Source: Candidatus Moranella endobia PCIT
Lineage (GTDB): Bacteria; Pseudomonadota; Gammaproteobacteria; Enterobacterales; Enterobacteriaceae
Length of the DNA stretch: 32,000 nucleotides
Reading direction: 5' to 3'
Assembly (NCBI RefSeq): GCF_000219175.1
Contig: NC_015735.1
Coordinates: forward strand, 240,001-272,000
The stretch's first letter is position 1. Every line of letters begins with the position of its first letter. The position numbers and the translations under genes are program-made. The notes beneath the pieces were generated by a model, which saw only the letters and a list, made by a program, of their open reading frames with translations, made no database searches and was not told the origin of the DNA. Below, piece after piece: positions 1-11,310 of this stretch.

Positions 1-97
1 CCATGTTGTTATAATGAAATTTTGATTGTTTCTATGCCGTTATAATCATCAAATTCCACATATTTTTTACTGATTAGGTTAAAATAAAACATCAACT

Positions 98-2917
98 ATG
101 TACCAAATACAGAAAAAAAATACGTTAATTTTGGTTGATGGTTCTTTTTACCTTTACCGTGCCTATCATGCCTTACCGTCGTTGAATAATATCGCGGGGG
201 AACCAACAGGGGCAATGTACGGCGTATTGAATATGCTTAAAAGCTTGCTTATACAATACCAACCAAGTCATGTAGCGGTAGTATTTGATACCAAGGATAA
301 AACCTTTCGTGATCAATTATTCGAGCATTACAAATTACACCGACCAATAATGCCGGAAAATCTGCGCAAGCAGATCACACCACTGTATGATATGGTTAAA
401 GCAATGGGATTGCCTATACTGTCTATCAGTGGCATTGAGGCTGATGATGTTATAGGTACATTGGCTATAACAGCGGCGCGCGACGGTTGTGATGTCCGGA
501 TAATCACTGGTGATAAAGATATAGCACAGCTGGTATCGTCTAAAATTACCATGACTAATACCTTGGCAAATACCATTATAGGTCCAGAAGAAGTAAAAAC
601 TAAATTTGGTGTACCGCCAGCACTTATCATCGATTATCTGGCGCTAATGGGTGACAGAGCTGATAATATTCCTGGTGTGATGGGAATAGGTAAGAAAACA
701 GCGCAGATACTTTTACATGAAATAGGTGGGCTGGAAACCATATATCAACAGCTTGATAGCATTAGTATCTTGTGCTGTCGCGGCGCCAAAAACATTGCCA
801 CCAAACTCGAGCAACAACGTGATTTAGCGTTCCTTTCCTACCAGTTAGCCACTATTAAAACCGATGTGGTACTGGATTTATCCTATTATCAACTAACGGT
901 AGAAGAACCACAATACAAACTGTTAAGACTATTATTCCAACGTTATGAATTTAAACGCTGGCTTAGCGACTTGAACACTGGTAAATGGCTACAAAAAACT
1001 GATAAAAATGCCGTTACTACGCCGTCACCCTGGGCTGCTACTCGACCAGTAGCTGCTGAAGATCCAAGTGAAGTAATATCAACAGTAAGTTATTCTCAAA
1101 TAACCGATATGGCGACGCTTGACAGTTGGATTAACATGATTCACAACAATGGTGTATTCGCTTTCAATACTGCAACTGACGGACTGGATACTATGACAGC
1201 CAACCTGGTGGGACTATTTTTTGCGGTGAAACCAGGTAAGGTAACCTATCTGCTGTTGGGGCAAGATTATCTGAATGAGCCGCACAAGCTTGACCAAACA
1301 GCGGTCTTAACAGCGCTGAAACCGATACTAGAAGACCCAACTATCAGCAAAATAGGCTTTAATCTCAAGTTTGATCAAGGAATTTTAAATCAATATCACA
1401 TTCATTTGGCTGGTATTACATTCGATACCATGCTTGAATCTTACGTTCTGAACAGCGTCGCTGGTAAACACGATATTGCCAGCATTGCGAAACGTTTTTT
1501 ACAGTACACTACCGTGAACTTCGACAAGATAGCTGTTGACCAATACAAGCTGATGTTTAATCACAGTGCGTTAGAACAGACCATAACTTACGCCGCCCAC
1601 GCGGACATAATACTACGTTTGCATCAAACGTTATGGCCGCGCCTTGAGCAGGCAGCGGAACTAAAAAAGGTTTTTGAGCAAATTGACATTCCCCTAGTAC
1701 CAGTACTATCGCGCATCGAGCGCAACGGTGTGCTAATTGATGAACAACTTCTTGCCAAATATTCGGTGGAGCTGACCAACCGCCTGGAAGAGCTGGAACT
1801 TGAAGCACATAAGCTAGTAAAAAAACCGTTCAATCTTACATCCACAAAACAGCTGCAGGCAATTTTATGCGATAAAAAGCAGAAATTGCAAACAATGAAA
1901 CAATACCTGGCAGATACTTCTTTCAATAACAACAAAGAAGAACAAGGAAAAAAAGAAGCGCAAGCCAATATGATACTAGTGATGCTAGCTTATGCGTTGC
2001 AAAAGTTGATTGCGGAATATCGTATTATAGCCAAACTTAAATCAAACTATACCGATAAATTGCCAAAAATGATCAATAAGTTATCGAACCGTATTCACAC
2101 TTCATATCATCAAGCAATAACTGCTACTGGCCGCCTATCTTCGAGCTATCCAAATTTACAGAATATCCCAGTGCGCAATAATGCTGGGCGACGTATCCGG
2201 CAAGCGTTTATTGCACCGCCAGATACGCTTATATTGGCAGCTGATTATTCACAGATTGAGCTACGCATTATTACGCACCTATCAAGTGATCCTGGTTTGT
2301 TAACTACGTTTGCCGCCGGTAAAGATATTCATCGTGCCACTGCAGCGGAAGTATTCGGTCTACCATTTGAGAACGTTACCCAAGATCAGCGACGTCGCGC
2401 AAAGGCTATTAACTTTGGCCTGATTTACGGCATGAGTGCTTTTGGCCTATCGCGTCAGCTATCAATACCGCGATTAGCAGCACAGAAATATATTAATCGT
2501 TATTTCCAGCGGCATCCTGGCGTTTTGGAATATATGGAACTTACCCGCAGACAGGCTACTAGCAAAGGCTATGTCGCGACTATGGAAGGTCGTCGGATTT
2601 ATTTACCTAATATTAATTCTCGTAACAGCATACGCAAGAAAAGTGCGGAGCGCGCAGCTATAAATGCACCTATACAAGGCACCGCTGCCGATATAATTAA
2701 AAGGGCGATGATTGCGGTCGATAGTTGGCTGCAACAGGAAGCACCGCCTATTCGTATGATTATGCAAGTTCATGATGAACTAGTTTTTGAGGTGCATAAA
2801 AATGCGGTAGAAAACGCCAAAGCACGGATTCAGGCACTAATGGAAGGATGTTTTGCACTGGATGTGCCGCTGCAGGTAAAAGTTGGTGTCGGTGAAAATT
2901 GGGCTCAAGCACACTAA
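98..2917 (+). CDS. polA: DNA polymerase I (5'-3' exonuclease, 3'-5' exonuclease-like and polymerase domains)
   Basis: 939-aa ORF with near full-length similarity to E. coli PolA as recalled; polymerase motifs SADYSQIELR-like (LAADYSQIELR), RRRAKAINFGLIYG and MQVHDELVFEVH intact. Confidence 0.98.
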   Translation: MYQIQKKNTLILVDGSFYLYRAYHALPSLNNIAGEPTGAMYGVLNMLKSLLIQYQPSHVAVVFDTKDKTFRDQLFEHYKLHRPIMPENLRKQITPLYDMVKAMGLPILSISGIEADDVIGTLAITAARDGCDVRIITGDKDIAQLVSSKITMTNTLANTIIGPEEVKTKFGVPPALIIDYLALMGDRADNIPGVMGIGKKTAQILLHEIGGLETIYQQLDSISILCCRGAKNIATKLEQQRDLAFLSYQLATIKTDVVLDLSYYQLTVEEPQYKLLRLLFQRYEFKRWLSDLNTGKWLQKTDKNAVTTPSPWAATRPVAAEDPSEVISTVSYSQITDMATLDSWINMIHNNGVFAFNTATDGLDTMTANLVGLFFAVKPGKVTYLLLGQDYLNEPHKLDQTAVLTALKPILEDPTISKIGFNLKFDQGILNQYHIHLAGITFDTMLESYVLNSVAGKHDIASIAKRFLQYTTVNFDKIAVDQYKLMFNHSALEQTITYAAHADIILRLHQTLWPRLEQAAELKKVFEQIDIPLVPVLSRIERNGVLIDEQLLAKYSVELTNRLEELELEAHKLVKKPFNLTSTKQLQAILCDKKQKLQTMKQYLADTSFNNNKEEQGKKEAQANMILVMLAYALQKLIAEYRIIAKLKSNYTDKLPKMINKLSNRIHTSYHQAITATGRLSSSYPNLQNIPVRNNAGRRIRQAFIAPPDTLILAADYSQIELRIITHLSSDPGLLTTFAAGKDIHRATAAEVFGLPFENVTQDQRRRAKAINFGLIYGMSAFGLSRQLSIPRLAAQKYINRYFQRHPGVLEYMELTRRQATSKGYVATMEGRRIYLPNINSRNSIRKKSAERAAINAPIQGTAADIIKRAMIAVDSWLQQEAPPIRMIMQVHDELVFEVHKNAVENAKARIQALMEGCFALDVPLQVKVGVGENWAQAH

Positions 2918-3042
2918 ATGCATGTATCGTGACTAAGATTACAGCATATTCAAATTAATATAAATTTTTTTGCTGTCATTTGGTCATCCACCTGAAATTT
3001 TGCAAACACTATTACTTGCACAAAGATAAAAATATATTAGCT

Positions 3043-4077
3043 ATGCTTAAAATTAGCGCTGAAATAATAAATAGCCCGTCATCTACTAATAGCTCGTCCG
3101 AGTTGGCGTCGTTTTTGCCCAGTAGATTTAGCGTTGCGCCGATGCTAAACTTAACAGATCGTCATTGCCGTTTTTTTTTGCGACAACTAAGTCGCCGCGC
3201 CTTGCTGTATACAGAAATGGTGACGACGGGTGCCTTGTTGCATGGAAAAGGAGATGATTTAATCTTTAATGAGGAGGAGCATCCTTTGGCACTCCAACTA
3301 GGAGGCAATGAACCGAAAGAGCTGGCACGCTGCGCGAAAATAGCACAACATATGGGCTATGACGAAGTTAACTTAAATGTTGGTTGCCCCTCCGCACGAG
3401 TGCAAAACGGACGTTTTGGTGCCTGTTTAATGGCCGAAACAGCACTAGTAGGGGATTGTATCGCCGCCATGCGCGAGGCAGTATCGTTACCTATCACAGT
3501 AAAAACCCGTATTGGTATAGATATGCAGGATAGCTATGAGTTCCTCTATGAGTTCATCGATACCTGCGCTACTAAAGGTGGCTGCCAGAAGTTTATTATC
3601 CACGCACGCAAAGCCTGGCTTAACGGTTTAAGCCCTAAAGATAACCGTAAAATTCCGCCGCTTGATTATGAAAGGGTGTATCGATTAAAGCATGATTTCC
3701 CGTTGCTACAGATAGTAGTAAACGGCGGAATAACTACTCTGCACGACGCTATAACCCATCTTCAGCAACTTGATGGGGTCATGATTGGCCGCGAAGCTTA
3801 CTACAATCCTGGTCTGCTAATGCGGGTTGACAGCGAGTTATTTAGCGCATTTGATCCATTGCCAACTCAAGCGGCCGTGATTAACGCTATGTTACCTTAT
3901 ATAGAATACGAACTATTACATGGCACTACTCTGATTAAAATTACCCGTCACATGCTTGGGCTATTTCAGGGAATGCCTGGTGCCAAGCATTGGCGGCGCT
4001 ATTTAAGCGAATATGCTAACCACCCTGGCGCGGATACTGATGTATTGATTAAAGCTCTATCCTACATACAGCGTTAA
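3043..4077 (+). CDS. dusA: tRNA-dihydrouridine(20/20a) synthase DusA; track ORF begins at 2980 but homology supports a start at or after 3043
   Basis: RFSVAPMLNLTDRHCRFFLRQLSR, EMVTTGALLHGKGD, NLNVGCPSARVQNGRFGACLM and FIIHARKAWLNGLSPKDNR match DusA. Confidence 0.95.
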   Translation: MLKISAEIINSPSSTNSSSELASFLPSRFSVAPMLNLTDRHCRFFLRQLSRRALLYTEMVTTGALLHGKGDDLIFNEEEHPLALQLGGNEPKELARCAKIAQHMGYDEVNLNVGCPSARVQNGRFGACLMAETALVGDCIAAMREAVSLPITVKTRIGIDMQDSYEFLYEFIDTCATKGGCQKFIIHARKAWLNGLSPKDNRKIPPLDYERVYRLKHDFPLLQIVVNGGITTLHDAITHLQQLDGVMIGREAYYNPGLLMRVDSELFSAFDPLPTQAAVINAMLPYIEYELLHGTTLIKITRHMLGLFQGMPGAKHWRRYLSEYANHPGADTDVLIKALSYIQR

Positions 4078-4144
4078 ATTCAACCTGCTGCTTAATGTAC
4101 TGAAAACTGAAAATAACAAATAAATATAAATCAAGCTGTTTTGA

Positions 4145-4227
4145 TACCCGAGACGAGATTTGAACTCGTACAGCCCAAGGCTAAGGGATTTTAAATCCCC
4201 TGTGTCTACCAATTCCACCACCCGGGT
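4145..4227 (-). tRNA. leuZ: tRNA-Leu (anticodon TAA), CCA not encoded
   Basis: Minus strand ACCCGGGTGGTGGAATTGGTAGACACAGGGGATTTAAAATCCC...GAGTTCAAATCTCGTCTCGGGTA folds as class II tRNA; 7-bp acceptor stem and UAA anticodon. Confidence 0.93.
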
Positions 4228-4260
4228 ATAGACTACTCTGGTATAGGGTATATAAAACAT

Positions 4261-4334
4261 TGGAGGCGCGTCCCGGAGTTGAACCGAGGTGGACGGATTT
4301 GCAATCCGCTGCATGGCCACTCTGCCAACGCGCC
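4261..4334 (-). tRNA. cysT: tRNA-Cys (anticodon GCA), CCA encoded
   Basis: Minus strand GGCGCGTTGGCAGAGTGGCCATGCAGCGGATTGCAAATCCGTCCACCTCGGTTCAACTCCGGGACGCGCCTCCA. Confidence 0.95.
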
Positions 4335-5022
4335 GGTATCACTTTTTAAAAAAGTGTGTAATTATGTCTTGCCTGAGCAGCCATGGCAAGATTTTTTTTA
4401 GTTTAGTAAGTGGAATAGTTGCCTCACAACTAATCCATATGCTGACATTAAATATATATCTGATACCGAACACTATTCCGCTTATACCTTTTGCCATGGG
4501 ATATTGGACTAAGTGGTGTTTTCCGGTCTCGCTGGCAAATGCTTAACCAGAAATAAGCTATGAATAAGCTCACCCTTCCTCAAACCTACAAAGTGAAATA
4601 GTGAATTAACATCCCAATAATTTTCCTAGATTGGAAAAAAAACATGTCAATCTAGGATATCAGAATAAGTAAAGTTTTGCGTAAACCGCGTGCTATCGGT
4701 GGAATCGTTAGTTGCACATCTCGCTTGTTCATCATATAATAAATATTTTGTTATTATGCGATTAATACGGTTTAATCGGTCAACTAATCGCTTTGTAGCA
4801 GATACCCACCATACGCTAATTTTCAAGTAAGAACGATAAACACAACAGGATACAAACCAGTGATTTTACAAATTCATAATACAACTGGTTAAGTCTGCTC
4901 GCATATGGCAGCAAATATTGATCGTGTGCGCCCAGTTGCTGAATGATAGCCATAAAATAAAGGTATACTAATACTTTATTCGTATTTGGAATTACATTCA
5001 CTTTCAAACCGTGCGGATTAAC

Positions 5023-5928
5023 ATGCAATCTTTTGATCCCAAAACATTTCAGGGTCTTATTTTTACACTCCAAAATTATTGGTCTCTTCAAGGCTGCACC
5101 ATCGTACAGCCAATCGATATGGAGGTTGGAGCGGGGACTTCACATCCTCTAACCTGTTTGCGAGCACTTGGCCCTGAACCAATTGCTGCCTCTTATGTGC
5201 AACCTTCTCGCCGTCCTACCGATGGCCGCTATGGGGAAAATCCCAACAGATTGCAACATTATTACCAGTATCAGGTAATCATCAAACCTTCACCGGAGAA
5301 TATTCAGGAATTATATCTTGGCTCACTGCAAGAAGTTGGCCTAGATACCACCATTAACGATATACGTTTTGTAGAAGACAACTGGGATAACCCAACATTG
5401 GGAGCCTGGGGTCTTGGCTGGGAAGTATGGTTGAACGGTATGGAAATGACGCAGTTTACCTATTTTCAGCAAGTTGGCGGGCTAGACTGCCGGCCAGTAA
5501 CGGGAGAAATTACCTATGGTCTTGAGCGTCTTGCTATGTATCTGCAAGAAGTCGACAGCGTGTATGACCTGGTATGGAGCAATGGCCCACTAGGCATTAC
5601 TACCTATGGTGACTTCTTCCATCAAAATGAAGTAGAACAATCCACCTACAATTTTGAATACGCAGACGTTGGTTTTCTGTTCACATGTTTTGAACAATAC
5701 GAAAAAGAAGCGCAAACCATGCTTGCATTAGAAAAACCACTGCCTCTTGCAGCCTATGAGCGCATACTTAAAGCGGCGCACAGTTTTAATTTGCTGGAAG
5801 CACGCCAGGCGATTTCTGTCACGGAGCGCCAATGTTATATTATGCGCATCCGTACTTTAACTAAAGCCGTTGCTGAAGCCTACTACAGTTCACGAGAAGT
5901 ACTTGGTTTCCCCATGTGCAAAAAATAA
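5023..5928 (+). CDS. glyQ: glycyl-tRNA synthetase alpha subunit (track start 5011; homology start [11 protein letters not shown] at 5023)
   Basis: [48 protein letters not shown] and C-terminal [10 protein letters not shown] match GlyQ. Confidence 0.98.
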   Translation: MQSFDPKTFQGLIFTLQNYWSLQGCTIVQPIDMEVGAGTSHPLTCLRALGPEPIAASYVQPSRRPTDGRYGENPNRLQHYYQYQVIIKPSPENIQELYLGSLQEVGLDTTINDIRFVEDNWDNPTLGAWGLGWEVWLNGMEMTQFTYFQQVGGLDCRPVTGEITYGLERLAMYLQEVDSVYDLVWSNGPLGITTYGDFFHQNEVEQSTYNFEYADVGFLFTCFEQYEKEAQTMLALEKPLPLAAYERILKAAHSFNLLEARQAISVTERQCYIMRIRTLTKAVAEAYYSSREVLGFPMCKK

Positions 5929-5953
5929 ATCAGGAGCAAGTAAAAAAAACGAG

Positions 5954-8023
5954 ATGATTCAAAAAACTTTTTTAGTAGAAATCGGCACGGAAGAACTACC
6001 GCCGAAGGCTTTGCGTGTTTTGGCTGAAGCATTCGCTACTCAAATAAACATTGAATTTAATTCAGCCAGCGTTAACCACGGCGAAGTTAGTTGGTTTGCC
6101 GCGCCCAGGCGACTAGCTGTCAAGGTTTCCGGGATAGACTGCCACCAGGCGGCTAATCGATACGTTGAGAAACGCGGTCCTGCCATTTTCCAAGCGTTCG
6201 ACGCCGCTGGTAATCCTACTAAAGCTGCCAAGAGTTGGGCAAATAGTTGCGGCATTACGCTCGATCAGGCGGAACAGCTAACAACCGAGAAAGGAGAATG
6301 GCTGGTTTACCGTGACCGGTTGATTCAGCCTTGGCCTAACTTTTTAACTATGGTGATCAGCGCGCTTAGTAAAATACCGATACCTAAAATTATGCGCTGG
6401 GGCGAAAATAATAACCAATTCATTCGCCCAGTACACACAGTGACAATGTTACTTGACGAAAGTGTGATTCACGGTAAAGTGCTTGGTGTTAACGCTGCCC
6501 GCATTCTTCATGGCAACCGTTTTATAGGAGAATGGGAAATTCATCTAGAGCATGCTGAACATTATCCGCAAGTTCTGCTGACGCGTGGCCGGGTAATAGC
6601 TGATTATTGGCAGCGTAAAGACATAATACGCCGGAATGTAGCAGTAGCAGCCAAAAGGTTAGGTGGTGTGGCTGATTTAAGTGATGACCTGCTAGAAGAG
6701 ATCACTTCGCTGGTAGAATGGCCTGTAGTGCTTACTGCTAGCTTTGAAGAAAAATTTCTGGCTGTACCAACAGAGGCACTAGTTTATACCATGACAGTTG
6801 ACCAAAAATACTTTCCAGTGTATGACTATGCTGGCAAACTAATGCCAAAGTTTATCTTAGTTGCAAATATAGAGTCGACAGATCCGCAAAAGATTATTAA
6901 TGGCAATGAAAAAGTTTTGCGCTCACGTTTTACTGACGCGGAGTTTTTTTTCAATACCGACCGAAAAAAACGGTTGGAAGAGCGTCTTTCTAGCTTAGAT
7001 ACAGTGTTATTCCAAAAACAGCTTGGCACTATGCGAGATAAGAGCGATCGAATTGAATCCTTAGCAACTTGGGTAGCAGCCCGTATTGGCGCAAATGTGC
7101 AACAGGCAGCGCGCGCTGGTCGGTTGTCAAAATGCGACCTAATGACAAAAATGGTGCTGGAATTTACTGACATACAGGGTGTGATGGGCATGTATTACGC
7201 ACGCTATGATCAAGAACCAGAAACAGTCGCACTGGCGCAAAAAGAACAATACCAACCGCGATCTTCTAAAGATGCGCTACCCACCACGCTAGTGTCATGC
7301 GCGGTAGCCATTGCCGACAAGATGGACACGCTAGTCGGTATTATCGGTATCGGCCAGCATCCTAAAGGGGATAAAGATCCATTCGCTATGCGCCGTGCCG
7401 CACTTGGTGTGTTGCGTATTATAGTAGGAAAACAGCTACCACTTGACTTAAAGATGTTAACGGAAGAAGCGGTACACCTATACCTTGACAAACTGAACAA
7501 TAATCAGGTGGTAAATGACGTTATTGATTTCATGCTCGGCCGTTGCCAAGCTTGGTATCAAGATCAGGGACATAGAATTGACACTATTCAAGCGGTGCTA
7601 GCACGTCGCCCAACCAGACCCATGGATTTTGACGCAAGGGTACGCGCGGTTAGCTATTTTAGACAATTAGAGGAAGCAGCTGCACTAGCTACAGTTAACA
7701 AGCGAGTATCTAATATTTTGGCGAAAGCTGTTGATCATCCCATCAACACAGATATGCAAGTATCGTTACTTTATGCTCAAGCAGAGATTACGCTAGCAAC
7801 CAAGTTGGGGATATTGCGTGAAAAACTACAGCCAATGTTCGAGGATGGTTTATATCAGGATGCGCTCGTAGCGATGGCGGCGCTGCATCAGCCTATAGTT
7901 GAATTTTTTGATAATGTGGTGGTTATGTCAGAGGATAAGCAGATCAGAATAAACCGCCTGACATTACTTGCACAGTTACGTGAACTATTCTTACAGGTTG
8001 CCGATATTTCGCTACTGCAATAG
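5954..8023 (+). CDS. glyS: glycyl-tRNA synthetase beta subunit (track start 5870; homology start at [20 protein letters not shown])
   Basis: 689 aa from 5954; N-terminal [15 protein letters not shown] and internal [37 protein letters not shown] match GlyS. Confidence 0.97.
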   Translation: MIQKTFLVEIGTEELPPKALRVLAEAFATQINIEFNSASVNHGEVSWFAAPRRLAVKVSGIDCHQAANRYVEKRGPAIFQAFDAAGNPTKAAKSWANSCGITLDQAEQLTTEKGEWLVYRDRLIQPWPNFLTMVISALSKIPIPKIMRWGENNNQFIRPVHTVTMLLDESVIHGKVLGVNAARILHGNRFIGEWEIHLEHAEHYPQVLLTRGRVIADYWQRKDIIRRNVAVAAKRLGGVADLSDDLLEEITSLVEWPVVLTASFEEKFLAVPTEALVYTMTVDQKYFPVYDYAGKLMPKFILVANIESTDPQKIINGNEKVLRSRFTDAEFFFNTDRKKRLEERLSSLDTVLFQKQLGTMRDKSDRIESLATWVAARIGANVQQAARAGRLSKCDLMTKMVLEFTDIQGVMGMYYARYDQEPETVALAQKEQYQPRSSKDALPTTLVSCAVAIADKMDTLVGIIGIGQHPKGDKDPFAMRRAALGVLRIIVGKQLPLDLKMLTEEAVHLYLDKLNNNQVVNDVIDFMLGRCQAWYQDQGHRIDTIQAVLARRPTRPMDFDARVRAVSYFRQLEEAAALATVNKRVSNILAKAVDHPINTDMQVSLLYAQAEITLATKLGILREKLQPMFEDGLYQDALVAMAALHQPIVEFFDNVVVMSEDKQIRINRLTLLAQLRELFLQVADISLLQ

Positions 8024-8233
8024 ATCAAAGTAGAAGTGCTGTAATATTTATTTATTCTACATGCCATTATTACATGACATTGTTGGTTTTATCTCTTAAT
8101 AATATTATTAGCTCACAGGAATACTATGCCAGTTACATATTCTGCGAACGGAAAAGTAAGTAACTATTGTTTTGATTTCGATAGCTTATTGTTTTGTTCA
8201 GTAGACGCCATAACCAATTCTATCTAGTTAACG

Positions 8234-8335
8234 CTACCCACTGCTAGTATTTTCTAGATGCTCAATAGCCAGCGCAGTAATGATGCCTAATGCGCAGGCC
8301 AACAGCGTGCCTAAAATCCAGGTAAAATACCACAT
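8234..8335 (-). CDS. cydX: CydX, small subunit of cytochrome bd-I oxidase (about 33 aa; stop coordinate uncertain by 1-3 nt); not in the ORF track
   Basis: Minus-strand translation MWYFTWILGTLLACALGIITALAIEHLENTSSG closely matches E. coli CydX MWYFAWILGTLLACSFGVITALALEHVES; lies directly after cydB in the conserved cydABX order. Confidence 0.9.
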   Translation of the reverse strand: MWYFTWILGTLLACALGIITALAIEHLENTSSG

Positions 8336-8351
8336 TTTCTAGCTCCTTTAC

Positions 8352-9497
8352 TCAATAAAGCGAATGCGTATTTTGTTCAATATGCTCTTTGGTAATGCGA
8401 CCGAACATTTTGTAATAGCACCAAATGACATATAACAGCACAATAGGCAAGAATATGCTTACTACTACTGTCATAACTTTCAACGTTTCATAGCTAGATG
8501 TAGCGTCCCATAAGGTAAGGCTAGCCTTAGCCATCGTACTTGATGGCATTATGAATGGGAATAAAGTTATTCCTGTGGTCAATATGATGCAAGTAACGGT
8601 TAATGAGGAACAAATAAAAGCCCAGGCACTACATCCAATTCGGCTAAATAAGATAGTTAGCAGTGGCAGTAACACGCCCAGCATCGGCACAATCCATAAA
8701 GTATGATAATATTGGTAATTAGCCATCCAAGCTCCGGCTTGATGCACTACTTCTTTATTTAACGGGTTTGACTGTGCGACTCGATCGATCACAGAGGTCA
8801 CGGTAAAACCTTCTATGCTGTTAACAACCCAAATACCAGCTATCAGGAACGTCAGTAAGGTAACCAAAGCGGTAATTTGGGTAATAACGCGCATCTTCAA
8901 CTGCAAATCACCGCTAGTGCGCATTTGAAGATATGTACCACCCTGAGTCAGGAACATCATAAGACTGACAATACCCGCCAGTAGGCTAAATGGGTTAATT
9001 AACTGAAAAAAATTACCACTGTAATACAAACGCATATACTCATCTAAGTAAAATGGTACGCCCTGCAGTAGGTTACCAAAAGCTACCCCAATCACCAACG
9101 GGGGAATAAAACTACCAAGGAAGATGCCCCAATCCCAAAGATTACGCCAGCACTCATTATCAATTTTAGATCGGTAATCGAAACCAACCGGACGGAAAAG
9201 AAGCGATACTAGTAACAAAATCATGGCGATGTAAAAGCCAGAGAATGCTGCAGCATAAACCATGGGCCAAGCAGCAAACATTGCACCGCCAGCCGTGATC
9301 AGCCACACCTGGTTACTGTCCCAGTGCGGTGCAATAGTATTGATCATAATCCTCCGTTCAAGATCGTTGCCGCCAAACAGACGCATTAACATGCCAACGC
9401 CCATATCAAATCCGTCGGTGACTGCAAAGCCAATTAGCAACAAACCAATGAGTACCCACCAAACAAAACGCAATACTGCATAATTAAACATAGTCAT
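8352..9497 (-). CDS. cydB: cytochrome bd ubiquinol oxidase subunit II
   Basis: 381-aa ORF; WWVLIGLLLIGFAVTDGFDMGVG motif and CydAB gene order. Confidence 0.97.
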   Translation of the reverse strand: MTMFNYAVLRFVWWVLIGLLLIGFAVTDGFDMGVGMLMRLFGGNDLERRIMINTIAPHWDSNQVWLITAGGAMFAAWPMVYAAAFSGFYIAMILLLVSLLFRPVGFDYRSKIDNECWRNLWDWGIFLGSFIPPLVIGVAFGNLLQGVPFYLDEYMRLYYSGNFFQLINPFSLLAGIVSLMMFLTQGGTYLQMRTSGDLQLKMRVITQITALVTLLTFLIAGIWVVNSIEGFTVTSVIDRVAQSNPLNKEVVHQAGAWMANYQYYHTLWIVPMLGVLLPLLTILFSRIGCSAWAFICSSLTVTCIILTTGITLFPFIMPSSTMAKASLTLWDATSSYETLKVMTVVVSIFLPIVLLYVIWCYYKMFGRITKEHIEQNTHSLY

Positions 9498-9508
9498 TCG
9501 CTACTGTC

Positions 9509-11074
9509 TTACAGTGAAATAGAGGATACTGACGATTGTTCAAAATGGTAGTTACCGGTTTTTAAACTGCTAGGCCCTAAACGCGCGAATTTGAACATCA
9601 GATACATTTCAACAGCCAAAAAAAATGTGTACAGCCCGCAAATCAACACCATCGAGAACAGTATATCGCCTGTTGTTAGAGTGGAGTTGGCAATTGCAGT
9701 GGGTAGAATTTCACCGATAGCCCAAGGCTGGCGACCGTACTCGGCGATAAACCAACCAGATTCGATAGCAATCCATGGCAACGGCATTCCATAGATCATA
9801 GCACGGTGTAGCCAACGGTACTGACCAATACAATTAAACAATATAGTCCAGCAACAGACGCCTAGCATTAGCAGCATCAGTAAGCCACAACCAACCATGA
9901 TCCGAAAGGCAATATACAACGGCACTACGCGGGGGATGGAATCAATGGTTGCTTGTAGAATATGCTGTTCGCTAGCTTGGTTAATATTATCAGTATATTG
10001 TTTAAGCAGCAACCCATAGCCTAGATCCTGTTTAGCATGGTTAAATGCTTCGCGCACAGTAGTATCAGTGCTGCCTTCACGCAGCTGCTGTAGTAAATTG
10101 TAGGCATTAATCCCATTGCGGATACGCAACTCATGTTGTACCATCAGATCTTTCAGGCCTATGATCTTACGATTCGTAGATCGTGTGGCGATAATACCCA
10201 AAGCGTAAGGGATGCGCACTGCGAACTGGTTAGTCTGTTCTTTTTGGTTCGGTAAACAGAACAACGTAAATGATGCAGGTGCCGGTTCGGTGTTCCATTC
10301 CGCCTCAATAGCAGCTAACTTGGTTTTTTGCACATCGCCCATTTTATAACCGGATTCATCCCCCAACACTATGACTGACAACACTGCTGCCATACCAAAG
10401 GAGGCGGCGATGGCGAAAGATCGTTTAGCAAAAGCAAGATCGCGTCCTTTCAGCAAATAGTAAGAACTGATACCAAGGACGAACATTGCTCCGGTGCAAT
10501 ATCCAGCTGCTACAGTATGCACGAATTTAACCTGCGCTACTGGATTCAGAAACAAATCAGTGAAGTTGACCATTTCCATGCGCATGGTTTCATAGTTAAA
10601 ATCCGCCGCGATGGGATTTTGCATCCAGCTATTGGCAACTAGTATCCACAGGGCAGAAAGATTAGAACCAAGCGCCACCAACCAGGTTACGATCATATGT
10701 TGCACTTTGCTAAGTCGGTCCCAACCGAACAGGAATAACCCGATAAAAGTTGATTCAAGGAAAAAAGCCATCAAACCTTCGATAGCAAGCGGGGCGCCGA
10801 AAATATCGCCAACATAGTAGGAAAAATATGACCAATTAGTACCGAACTGAAACTCCATAGTAAGACCAGTAGCTACACCGAGTGCGAAGTTGATCGCGAA
10901 CAACTTGCCCCAAAACTTGGTCATATCTTTATATATATTTTTACCTGATAGTATATACACCATTTCCATAATAGCGAGCAAAAACGCCAGACCAAGCGTA
11001 AGCGGTACAAATAGAAAATGGTACATCGCCGTTAAAGCAAACTGTAATCGTGATAGTTCTACGACATCAAACAT
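9509..11074 (-). CDS. cydA: cytochrome bd ubiquinol oxidase subunit I
   Basis: 521 aa; [45 protein letters not shown] and long Q-loop match CydA. Confidence 0.98.
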   Translation of the reverse strand: MFDVVELSRLQFALTAMYHFLFVPLTLGLAFLLAIMEMVYILSGKNIYKDMTKFWGKLFAINFALGVATGLTMEFQFGTNWSYFSYYVGDIFGAPLAIEGLMAFFLESTFIGLFLFGWDRLSKVQHMIVTWLVALGSNLSALWILVANSWMQNPIAADFNYETMRMEMVNFTDLFLNPVAQVKFVHTVAAGYCTGAMFVLGISSYYLLKGRDLAFAKRSFAIAASFGMAAVLSVIVLGDESGYKMGDVQKTKLAAIEAEWNTEPAPASFTLFCLPNQKEQTNQFAVRIPYALGIIATRSTNRKIIGLKDLMVQHELRIRNGINAYNLLQQLREGSTDTTVREAFNHAKQDLGYGLLLKQYTDNINQASEQHILQATIDSIPRVVPLYIAFRIMVGCGLLMLLMLGVCCWTILFNCIGQYRWLHRAMIYGMPLPWIAIESGWFIAEYGRQPWAIGEILPTAIANSTLTTGDILFSMVLICGLYTFFLAVEMYLMFKFARLGPSSLKTGNYHFEQSSVSSISL

Positions 11075-11310
11075 GATAATTCCTTGCTACTTTCAAGCAG
11101 GATCAACCTGTGCCGCTTCAAACAAGATCCAAGAGAATATAAAGAAAGGCACGATGAATAAATAAAACACAGGCTTTATTTATTATTAACTTTAAATAAT
11201 AATAAGTTGTTAGTTTCTGGAAGCAATCATAACTGTTTGAGGTAATGTATTGGATATAATTATTATATCTGATATACACAAAACTTGTTCCATAACACAT
11301 TCTAGCATGT

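Noticed and set aside
4339-4356. CACTTTTT/AAAAAAGTG palindrome next to tRNA-Cys
   Set aside because: AT-rich, no loop or U-tract, upstream of the tRNA on its own strand; chance or a weak promoter element cannot be distinguished.
4816-5091. 91-aa minus-strand ORF upstream of and overlapping glyQ
   Set aside because: AT-rich, overlaps the glyQ start and contains no recognisable family signature.
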